DNA of 64,000 nt from a virus (Duplodnaviria > Caudoviricetes). A program made the position numbers and the translations under genes. The stretch lies in the IMG/VR virus record IMGVR_UViG_3300011337_000669; one strand, given 5' to 3'. This document shows, in pieces, positions 56,280-64,000 of this stretch. Every line of letters begins with the position of its first letter. Positions within the stretch are counted from its first letter, which is position 1. The notes beneath the pieces were generated by a model. The model was given only the letters and a program-made list of their open reading frames with translations. It was not told the origin of the DNA and did no database searches.

Positions 56280-57051
56280 GACTTCTTACGTAACTGAGTC
56301 TTTTCTTTTCGGTATCATTAAAATTTGGTTCATCTTCCAATCCATCCATAATTGTATCCAAGTCGGAAAATTCATCCTTTAGCTCTTCATAATTTTCAAC
56401 TATCTCAGGTTGTAGTGGTCCAAATTTTTGTTCGTTCAGTTTTCTCAATTCATCTTCCAACTTTTCCAATTCTTCTTTGGTTGGTGTATATTTTTCTTGG
56501 TCAATCTGAGCTTCCATCTTACCTGCCTGAATACTCAATTGGTCAATATCTAAAACCTGCTGAGGTTGTGGTGTTGAAACTTTTTTCTTCTCGTCTTCTT
56601 CAAATTTTACTAACATGTGTAAGAATGAAAGAGAGATTATTGGTAACATTCCACCAGCAAACAAAGATAAAAATCTCTTATGACCAACATAATCACCTGA
56701 TTCAACTCCCAAGTATGAAACCAATGGGTCAACTAAATCAACCCAATCCTTAAACGCTGGTGAATTAATATCAATGTATTGATAAGCAAAGAAGATATTT
56801 CCAATGAATTGTATAAGAGTTACAATACCAAACGGGAAATATACCTTAGACCCCATCTGAGCAGATATTGCCGCAAGTGCTGACAAAGCAGCAATTTCAA
56901 TACCAACAGACAAATATATTGACCAACTAACAGGATTTGACAATCCATACCAAGAAGTAACGTGAGATATGGAAACAAATGCCACAGTTAAAATTGGAAC
57001 AAGGAATGAAATATAAATTATTGCTTTGAAATTCTTCTGAACCCAATTCAT
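56272..57051 (-). CDS. Multi-pass membrane protein with charged tail (holin-like candidate)
   Basis: About 4 TM segments; SISHV..WY; next to amidase. Confidence 0.55.
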   Translation of the reverse strand: MNWVQKNFKAIIYISFLVPILTVAFVSISHVTSWYGLSNPVSWSIYLSVGIEIAALSALAAISAQMGSKVYFPFGIVTLIQFIGNIFFAYQYIDINSPAFKDWVDLVDPLVSYLGVESGDYVGHKRFLSLFAGGMLPIISLSFLHMLVKFEEDEKKKVSTPQPQQVLDIDQLSIQAGKMEAQIDQEKYTPTKEELEKLEDELRKLNEQKFGPLQPEIVENYEELKDEFSDLDTIMDGLEDEPNFNDTEKKRLSYVRSHG

Positions 57052-57335
57052 TTTCTCTGTGATTTAAGTTTCTTTATCTCATCTTCGATTTCAGTTTGTC
57101 TTCTAACATCGAATAATTTTCTGTCAGTTGCCTGAATCATTCTTTTCTCGGCTTCTAATCCTGAAATTTGTAATTCAATATTTAATTCTTGTTTGGTGTA
57201 TGTCGAGTCTTTGATTGCGGTTACTTCCTGTCTCACTTTGGTCAATTCTCTTGAATCTCCACAGGACTTAAATAAGGTAAGTAAAGTAATTACCAATACG
57301 ATAATCACGAAGTTGTTTTCTATAAATTTTTTCAT
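57048..57335 (-). CDS. TM plus coiled-coil protein
   Basis: N-terminal TM ending in FKSCG (possible lipobox). Confidence 0.6.
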   Translation of the reverse strand: MKKFIENNFVIIVLVITLLTLFKSCGDSRELTKVRQEVTAIKDSTYTKQELNIELQISGLEAEKRMIQATDRKLFDVRRQTEIEDEIKKLKSQRK

Positions 57336-57404
57336 GTCGATTTTATTTTAATTTATCCTTAAAATATAAAAGGTGTACTTAATAAATACACCCTTTATCA
57401 CATT

Positions 57405-58202
57405 TTACAAATAATCGAACAGAGAAGCCGTTTCGTTTCTTAATTTTCTCAAAGCCTTTTCTTTAATCTGTCTTACTCGTTCCTTAGTCAAATCAAAGTC
57501 ACTACCGATGTCCTCAAGAGTTCTGGTTGAACCAGATAACCCAAAATAATCTTCGATGATAACCTTTTCCCTTTCATCCAAAACATTTAACATGTTCAAA
57601 AGTTTTTCTTTCAGGGTGTCATCTGTAGATAAATTTTTATCCGCCGAATCTGCATTAGGGTTAACCAAAATGTCCAACAGTGTATCCCCTTCTTCATTGA
57701 GGGGATTATCCAAATTAATTGTATAAGGTAAACTCACCATTTTATCGGGTAATGCGACTCCAGCTTTTTCAAGTTCCTTCTTAGCTTTATGAAGTTCTTG
57801 AACAACGTTTACTGGTAGACGAATAGTACGAGCATTCTCATTCAATGATTGCAAGATAGATTGTCTAACCCACCATACCGCATATGAAATAAATCTAAGT
57901 CTTTTCGTCCAATCGAAATTCTCAATCGCCTTCATTAGACCAAGATTACCCTCAGCAATCAAGTCACTCAAATCTAAACCTTGATTTTGATATTGTTTTG
58001 ACACTGTAATCACAAAACGTAAGTTTCCTACCAACAATTCTTTTTGGATTTCTTTCTTCTCTTCTTCTGTGATAACACCTGACAACATTCTCTCAGCTAG
58101 CTCACGCTCCCTCTCAGGAGTCATGACTCTAATCTTTCTGATGTCTTTCAGATAATGACTAATCTCTTCTTGATTGATTGGAATTGATGATTTTTCTTTC
58201 AT
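57405..58202 (-). CDS. Sigma-70 family factor, short Bacteroidota RpoD-like
   Basis: YLKDI; NLRFV..V.KQYQNQGL.L.DLI.EGNLGL; RFISYAVWWVRQSILQ; TKERVRQIKEKALRKLR. Confidence 0.95.
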   Translation of the reverse strand: MKEKSSIPINQEEISHYLKDIRKIRVMTPERERELAERMLSGVITEEEKKEIQKELLVGNLRFVITVSKQYQNQGLDLSDLIAEGNLGLMKAIENFDWTKRLRFISYAVWWVRQSILQSLNENARTIRLPVNVVQELHKAKKELEKAGVALPDKMVSLPYTINLDNPLNEEGDTLLDILVNPNADSADKNLSTDDTLKEKLLNMLNVLDEREKVIIEDYFGLSGSTRTLEDIGSDFDLTKERVRQIKEKALRKLRNETASLFDYL

Positions 58203-58203
58203 A

Positions 58204-58779
58204 TTAGTTATTGCTGTAGTTTTGAAGTAGAGTTAATTCGTGTTTGGTAAGGGAGTCCATTCCTAAGACATTTATCTTATCCAAGATGGTATCCAAAGTT
58301 GTTTTAGTTGCAGGAGTACCCATCCATTGTGAAATCTTAGCCTTAATCTCTGAATGCAAGTCGTTTGGAAGATTTATTTCGTTTGAAAAACTTATGTCAA
58401 TATCGTCATCCTCATCATAGTCACTATATAAATCAGTATTCTCAACAACACCTTTCATGTCGATTGAATAGTCATTATTCTGACCAGGATTATCTAAATC
58501 AAATAAATGTCCAGATCTTTCGTAAGGGACGTGAACTGACACTTTGTCAGATACTTCTGTCAAAATTAGTATTTCACTATCAACATGGATAAGCCCAATG
58601 ATATATTCAAAGATTTCGTCTTTAGGAACCTCTGTTGCGAAGTGCATCATTATAATTCCTCCTCCGAATTGATACTTCATGTTTGGTGAATCCACCAATG
58701 GCGCGACTGCCATTACCAGTTGATTACAACTTTCGTCTGTAATAAAATTACCAATAACTGTGGCTAAGTAGTTTTTCAT
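58204..58779 (-). CDS. Hypothetical protein
   Basis: C-terminal LD.ILDKI...G..SLT..E...L; TATCTTTG upstream. Confidence 0.65.
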   Translation of the reverse strand: MKNYLATVIGNFITDESCNQLVMAVAPLVDSPNMKYQFGGGIIMMHFATEVPKDEIFEYIIGLIHVDSEILILTEVSDKVSVHVPYERSGHLFDLDNPGQNNDYSIDMKGVVENTDLYSDYDEDDDIDISFSNEINLPNDLHSEIKAKISQWMGTPATKTTLDTILDKINVLGMDSLTKHELTLLQNYSNN

Positions 58780-58795
58780 ATTTTACGTTTAATTT

Positions 58796-59296
58796 TTACA
58801 AAGATACTAATTTTCTATTACTCTCAAAATAAACTCTTCCTTTTGTTCCTGAATGTTGCTCGTACCACTTACCCTCTTTATCTTTCCAAACATATGGATT
58901 GGTCGGGTCAACACTCCACCTATACTGAGAATAGAAGTCGAAGTCTTTTTTTAATAGATTGGATTTGTGTGAGTCATGAAACTTTTGGTTACCAAACCAA
59001 TCAGGATAAGTCACCTCCTCATCGATATCCTCCTTATCCATTGTGTTCTTGAATCCACGACTAACCCACTCATCAATACTCGCATTCAAGTACATCTTAA
59101 GAAGTGGTACATGGTTTCTCCACATAACAGAGCATGGATGGTTAATCCACCCTTTGTAGGGGGTACCATCCAACTTTAATCTGCCAGTGATTGCACTAAT
59201 AATTTGATAGGTTTCAACTCGTTGTTTGCCAAGTCTCTTGTTATCAAGGACTCTGAGTGATTCGATTAAATCTGCGTATGGTAGAAATGTTTGCAT
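58796..59296 (-). CDS. Pyrimidine-dimer DNA glycosylase (DenV-like/MSMEG_6728 family)
   Basis: MQTFLPY..LD.KRLGKQRVE..QI; NHP...MW; H.SH.SNLL.KD. Confidence 0.88.
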   Translation of the reverse strand: MQTFLPYADLIESLRVLDNKRLGKQRVETYQIISAITGRLKLDGTPYKGWINHPCSVMWRNHVPLLKMYLNASIDEWVSRGFKNTMDKEDIDEEVTYPDWFGNQKFHDSHKSNLLKKDFDFYSQYRWSVDPTNPYVWKDKEGKWYEQHSGTKGRVYFESNRKLVSL

Positions 59297-59323
59297 ACCA
59301 CAAAGATATGGATTAATTTGATA

Positions 59324-59803
59324 TTAGCTCAACATTAAATTCGATAATCCATCTATTTTAATTTTACAAGCCAAATAACTCTCGTAATTCAAATATGTTG
59401 GATTTTGTTTTGCAACAACTGTAACCTTACTATGCTCATGTTTCGATAACTTAACAGTAGAGCAATACTTTTTCAAAATTTGGATGAACTTACTCAATTC
59501 CATATTCTCATCCCTATCCAACTCAGAAAAGATAAATTTCATTGCCTTACTTCTTTGAATGAAGTGGTCATCAACCAACTCAGATAACTCAATATTTTTT
59601 GCGGACTCAGACATTAACCCAGTCTTGAAAAATTTACAGTTAGTTACATCCCAAATCGGATTTCTGTTTCTAACAAAAAACTGTCTTAACTTAGTTTCAT
59701 CACCTTTAATACTTCTATAACGTATCAGTAATACCTTGAAATCTTCCAAAGTTTCCTCGATTTTGAATAATTGATTATGATTTAGATCTCCTTTCATAAA
59801 CAC
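59324..59803 (-). CDS. Hypothetical protein, possibly HNH-like
   Basis: VDDH...TVKLSKHEH; TATCTTTG 5 nt upstream. Confidence 0.55.
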   Translation of the reverse strand: MFMKGDLNHNQLFKIEETLEDFKVLLIRYRSIKGDETKLRQFFVRNRNPIWDVTNCKFFKTGLMSESAKNIELSELVDDHFIQRSKAMKFIFSELDRDENMELSKFIQILKKYCSTVKLSKHEHSKVTVVAKQNPTYLNYESYLACKIKIDGLSNLMLS

Positions 59804-59836
59804 AAAGATAATGGTTTTATTTTATACTGTCAAATT

Positions 59837-59863
59837 AAAAACCCCACCGTTGAAGGTGGGGTC
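59837..59863 (-). terminator. Intrinsic terminator
   Basis: ACCCCACC-GTTGAA-GGTGGGGT. Confidence 0.8.
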
Positions 59864-59868
59864 TATTA

Positions 59869-60792
59869 CTACTTCTTCAAGAAACCAAGTTCATACACCA
59901 ATGGTCTCATTCTATCTTCAAGGTTCTTATACAACTTACGGAACTCTTTGAAATCTTCTTGAAAATATTCTTTCCAAACTAATTTGAGTTGAGCATATCC
60001 TGCGTCCCACGAGTTAAGGTGGTTTTCTTCGTTTGCCATAACTTGACGAAGTTCCATAGATTTCTCAACAAGTTCTGTAGCTTTATCCAAAACTAATTTT
60101 GCATCAGGAGAAAGTTTACCATAAATTCTTTCTTCACCAAATAGAAGTTTGTGAACATAACGATCGGGAGATGTTCTCGCGTCGTTGTAAAGTTCATCAT
60201 ATCCGTTTTGGTCCGCAAGTTCTTTCATCTTGTCCACAGACATCCAAAAGAATTCGTTTTTGATGTCCCATAGTCTATGCTTGTATTCCACTTGACGTAG
60301 AGAGGATTGTTCTGACGAGTTATTGAATAAGGAGTAAATCATAGAATCAACCATAAATTGATTGTATCTTTCATGATTTTCATTAGGTGCAAAATACTCA
60401 TCTTTATCATTGAGCCAATCTCCATTGATAGATTTTCTTGCACAGAATAAAACCAAAACCTTTTTTAGATTTTCTTTAGTGATAGATAAACCTGATTTAT
60501 TACTAAAGGCTGAAGAAAACAACGAAACATTAGTTCCGTTATAATAAACATTATTACCCGCATTGAAAAAATATCCAAAGGCTCCTTCACAAAGTTTACT
60601 ATAACCCTTTTGTTTAACCTTCAAAGCCGAACTCAATTTCGGAAAATCGAGATTACTTTTTTTCCCTTTAATTTCCTTTCTAACCCAAGTTGATGCGGTT
60701 ATTTTGCCATCTACATTGTAAATTGATTTGGTTCCAAGATTTTCAATATCTCCAAAACCTTTATTCTCTAAAATATCAAATTTGTATTCCAT
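59869..60792 (-). CDS. Probable C-terminal/specificity part of a split type IIG-like R-M enzyme
   Basis: Directly follows the MTase ORF; RKSI...W.ND.DEY.AP and NEFFWMS segments. Confidence 0.55.
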   Translation of the reverse strand: MEYKFDILENKGFGDIENLGTKSIYNVDGKITASTWVRKEIKGKKSNLDFPKLSSALKVKQKGYSKLCEGAFGYFFNAGNNVYYNGTNVSLFSSAFSNKSGLSITKENLKKVLVLFCARKSINGDWLNDKDEYFAPNENHERYNQFMVDSMIYSLFNNSSEQSSLRQVEYKHRLWDIKNEFFWMSVDKMKELADQNGYDELYNDARTSPDRYVHKLLFGEERIYGKLSPDAKLVLDKATELVEKSMELRQVMANEENHLNSWDAGYAQLKLVWKEYFQEDFKEFRKLYKNLEDRMRPLVYELGFLKK

Positions 60793-60811
60793 AACGCTAA
60801 GGTATATTAAA

Positions 60812-62299
60812 TTATTTAATTTTCAAAATGGAAAAAGAAACCCCCCATTTAGTTGAAACATCATCAAATTCAGAGGCTTTGAATATAAACCCCTTTTCGA
60901 AAGTGAATTGATTTAAGGTTTTGTTTCTGAAAATTTCAAAATCAATTCCTGAAAACATAAGTGGTTTACTAAAAACCGCAATATTCATCTTTCCTAATTT
61001 TGTAATCCTATAAATAAATTGGGAGTATAGGTTTTTAACTGACATACCCATCTTTTCTTCGTTCATACTAATTTTTACTTTAGTATTTTCTACTTCGTTT
61101 TTTGAAGACCCACCATCATTCACAATGTTTTTGAAATCATTTACAGTCGCATATGGTGGATTCATCAAAACAATAATATCTTTACCTTCTTCAATCGCTC
61201 TCTTTAATCCGGTTGGAAGTTTTTCATAGTCATCATTCAAAAAGTCATATTGAAACTTGACCGCCTCAGTATTATATCCCATTTGATTTGCAGTATCAAT
61301 ATCGGATTGATTAAGAGTTGAAACATAAAGTTCTTTGAACTTGTAATCACGGGTAAGATTACCTGTTCCCCAAGCTGGGTCCCATACTACATATTTCTCT
61401 TTCCAATCTTCACCAAAAACCGATGCAACATACTCATGGGCTTTGTCCACCCAAATTGCAGGTGTGAAGAACTCACCTTGTTTACGACGAGTAGTATCTT
61501 CAACAATACGGTCAACCACCGCAGCCAACTTGTGCTTTTGTGATGGTGTATAAGAAGATGAGAAGTGACCGAAAAACGATTCAAAAGCATCCCTCGATAC
61601 AATGGATACTTCACCAAATGATTTGGTTACAACGGTCTTTCTTTTCTTCACAGGATGAAGATAATTATCATCTTTGTTCACCAAAATTTGAACGAATAAA
61701 TTTGCTCTTTCATTCGTAGTCAATTTGTTTTTACCCAATACTTTCTCATCAAAGTAACGGAATACCTCAGTGATATTTTTATCAGTAACAAGAACTCTTC
61801 GTTGAACATTATCGGTCAAGTCTTTAACTTTTTGAACACATTCCATAAAGTCGTCAGAACTGTAAACAAATGGTCTGATTGACTCATCTTTCATCATAGC
61901 CAAAACTAATTCAGCAATGTTATGAGCAGAAGATGGTGCGGTATTCCAATTCAAGTCCATTTCAAGATACTTGATTACATCATTAACGTGTAACGTGAGG
62001 CATTCATTTCTATCCCCAATGAAAATTGTGGTAGGTGGAATAATTCCCTTGTCATAAAAACGTTTAATATAAAACACAGATTGAGCAAGGACCTTCACCA
62101 AATCTGACTTGTTAGAGAGATTGATGTCATCCTTGTACTCCATAAGAACTCTTACCTTATCAGATTTGGAAACACCAAACCCATCACATCCAAATGGAGA
62201 AGTAATCTCCATATCCTTGAATTTCTTGAGGAAATTGTGACGGTAGGTGTTCTCTACATCTTTTTCGTTTATAGCGGAAGTCAATACGTTTGTCATCAT
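60812..62299 (-). CDS. Type IIG-like endonuclease-methyltransferase, N-terminal part
   Basis: N-terminal CDG...LMEYK nuclease-like motif; QGEFFTP, WDPAWGTGNL, LMNPPY. Confidence 0.8.
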   Translation of the reverse strand: MMTNVLTSAINEKDVENTYRHNFLKKFKDMEITSPFGCDGFGVSKSDKVRVLMEYKDDINLSNKSDLVKVLAQSVFYIKRFYDKGIIPPTTIFIGDRNECLTLHVNDVIKYLEMDLNWNTAPSSAHNIAELVLAMMKDESIRPFVYSSDDFMECVQKVKDLTDNVQRRVLVTDKNITEVFRYFDEKVLGKNKLTTNERANLFVQILVNKDDNYLHPVKKRKTVVTKSFGEVSIVSRDAFESFFGHFSSSYTPSQKHKLAAVVDRIVEDTTRRKQGEFFTPAIWVDKAHEYVASVFGEDWKEKYVVWDPAWGTGNLTRDYKFKELYVSTLNQSDIDTANQMGYNTEAVKFQYDFLNDDYEKLPTGLKRAIEEGKDIIVLMNPPYATVNDFKNIVNDGGSSKNEVENTKVKISMNEEKMGMSVKNLYSQFIYRITKLGKMNIAVFSKPLMFSGIDFEIFRNKTLNQFTFEKGFIFKASEFDDVSTKWGVSFSILKIK

Positions 62300-62350
62300 G
62301 ATGCTAATGTAATCATAATTAATTTAGATACAAAAAAAAAAATCTCACAA

Positions 62351-64000
62351 TTATTGTGAGACTTTTGAAATGTTGTCAATCTTGGTGATTCTGACCGTGT
62401 TATTTGCCCAATTATTTACTAAAGGGTTGTGGGTAATAACGAATATCTTTTCAAAATAGTCTTTCATCTTTGTAAAAAACTCGCCTACCATTTCCAAATT
62501 ATCATTCGATATCTTTCCGAAGACCTCGTCCCAAACAATTACATTTGCCTTTGGTAAAGAACATACCTTAGACAATACGGCTCTCAATGCCATTGCCGCA
62601 ATTGTTCGTTCGTAACCAGACCCTGAAACCATAAGTTTTTCAACACCAGTCGAGTTATCGATCATTATGAACTCAACCTCATTCTTGTCATTGATTCGAA
62701 TCTCCAAGTTAAAGTAAGCCGAATCCTGTAAAAGTCTTTGAAGTTCAGAATTAATTAGAGGAATCAAGGTCTTCATAATCACTTTGGTGATTCCATTCTT
62801 ACCGTATACTTCAACATAGATTTTATAAATCTTCTCTCTTTCGAACTCTTCAGCAATTTTCAAGATGAGGTCTTTATTCTTTTCGATTCTTGATTCAATA
62901 GTTTCAATATGAGTTGAGTTTGTATTTTGAACTTTTTCGTAACCTCGTTTCTCATTAATCAATTCGTCAATACGTAATCCCGCCTTTAACAACTGAGCAT
63001 CAATCTCATTGTTCTTCTTGATTTTGTCTTGGACTTCCTCATATCTTTTGAGTTTATCTTTGACTTGTTCCAATTTGAGTTGAGTGGATTCCAAAGATAA
63101 CTCATATTTTTCTTTTATGAGCTTGTTTCTCTCATATTCATCGAAGTCCTTCTTGAGTTGTGTAAAGGATTGTTCTTTCTTTTCGTACCCATCAATTTCT
63201 TCTTTAAAGTCTTGAACAAGTCTTTTGAATGAATCGAGTTGTTTAATTTTCTCGTTGGTCAATTTAGCTTCCATCAACTTGATACCACAATGGTCACATT
63301 GAATTCCATCACCATACTTTTCAATAAGGTCTTGAATTTCCTCAACTTTATTCTCGCAAGTAACAAGTTCAGCGAATCTTGATTTGATAACCTCTTTTAC
63401 GTTATCATGTTTATCCTCATGATAAAATTCTTTGGGTTCAACTATCTTAATACTCTTGATGTCCTGTTCGGTCTTTTGTTTCGAGTCCTCTAAGTTGCTT
63501 ATCGAAGATTGTAATAACAATGGATTCAAGGTAATGAGTTCTTTATCCAAATCAGTGAATTTGGATTTCAACAAATTATCTTTATAATCCTGCCCCTTCT
63601 GAAGTCTTTTGTCGACATCTGAGATGTTTTTGGACATCTCGATAATCTCATCCTTCATTCGGATAATCTCCTCACCAGAGGTCTGATTATCCTGTTTAAG
63701 AGACTCTGTATTATACACATTAGAAATCATTCCTTTGGAGAATTCAGAATAAAGTTCTTTACCAGTCTCTTCCTTTTTCTTAAGGAATTCTAAGCCCAAG
63801 AATCGAGTTAATACCTGTCCACGAGCAGTTGGTTTTGCGTCCAACAAATCCTCAAGGTTGGATGCTGTTGTAACAATGGTCATCAAAAAGTCTTCCATAC
63901 TTCCGATGGATTTCTTCATGAAGTTTTCTGTCTCACGTCTTTGTTCACCAGTGAAGTTTTGAAGTTGACCATCAGCAAGTTTCTTGAAGAACTCAAGTTC
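62351..64000 (-). CDS. SbcC/Rad50/T4 gp46-like recombination ATPase (5' end outside window)
   Basis: Coiled coil with CDHC zinc hook; SGSGYE signature; Walker B VWDEVFG; VITH. Confidence 0.9.
   Translation of the reverse strand, partial: ELEFFKKLADGQLQNFTGEQRRETENFMKKSIGSMEDFLMTIVTTASNLEDLLDAKPTARGQVLTRFLGLEFLKKKEETGKELYSEFSKGMISNVYNTESLKQDNQTSGEEIIRMKDEIIEMSKNISDVDKRLQKGQDYKDNLLKSKFTDLDKELITLNPLLLQSSISNLEDSKQKTEQDIKSIKIVEPKEFYHEDKHDNVKEVIKSRFAELVTCENKVEEIQDLIEKYGDGIQCDHCGIKLMEAKLTNEKIKQLDSFKRLVQDFKEEIDGYEKKEQSFTQLKKDFDEYERNKLIKEKYELSLESTQLKLEQVKDKLKRYEEVQDKIKKNNEIDAQLLKAGLRIDELINEKRGYEKVQNTNSTHIETIESRIEKNKDLILKIAEEFEREKIYKIYVEVYGKNGITKVIMKTLIPLINSELQRLLQDSAYFNLEIRINDKNEVEFIMIDNSTGVEKLMVSGSGYERTIAAMALRAVLSKVCSLPKANVIVWDEVFGKISNDNLEMVGEFFTKMKDYFEKIFVITHNPLVNNWANNTVRITKIDNISKVSQ

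Noticed and set aside
662-59179. Numerous short antisense ORFs in the track (e.g. 662-913, 5412-5678, 24466-24837, 42617-43063, 56352-56753)
   Set aside because: Fully overlap stronger opposite-strand genes and lack recognisable motifs or start signals
1-64000. Alternative genetic code (stop-codon reassignment, as in some large phages)
   Set aside because: Standard-code ORFs are long and tile the window; recognisable enzymes are intact; TAA, TAG and TGA all occur as stops

Overview
AT-rich, gene-dense, mostly minus-strand segment that reads as part of a large (jumbo-type) lytic dsDNA phage genome. This is an inference: no capsid, terminase or tail genes lie in the window. Three clues point to a Bacteroidota host: TAnnTTTG -7 promoter elements upstream of many genes, a short Bacteroidota-type RpoD sigma factor, and an Hc1-like histone protein. 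Recognisable genes are an SbcC/gp46-like ATPase (partial), a sigma factor, four DNA methyltransferase systems (one type II R-M pair, one split IIG-like R-M, two solitary MTases), HNH and GIY-YIG endonucleases, a DenV-like glycosylase, an amidase lysis region, and auxiliary genes (IscA, cyclophilin, DnaJ, thioredoxin, glutaredoxin, AdoMetDC, APS kinase, Nudix, GT2, LpxH-like). The most striking unexplained structures are: (1) a mostly non-coding 12.8-15.2 kb region with clustered perfect DnaA boxes, a thrice-repeated 13-mer and a long hairpin; (2) about 20 proteins with shared N-terminal leaders ending in [IL]-x-E, most preceded by a TATTTAT motif and some fused as polyproteins, suggesting a capsid-targeted cargo system; (3) an in-frame 66-bp repeat/variable-spacer array; (4) a 40-bp intergenic repeat that brackets gene cassettes; (5) a GH7-cellulase-like lipoprotein; (6) a GIY-YIG nuclease flanked by 8 tandem helical repeats. 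All calls are by-eye motif recognition and no database searches were run. Several start codons were moved from the ORF track to the ATG just downstream of a promoter-like motif.
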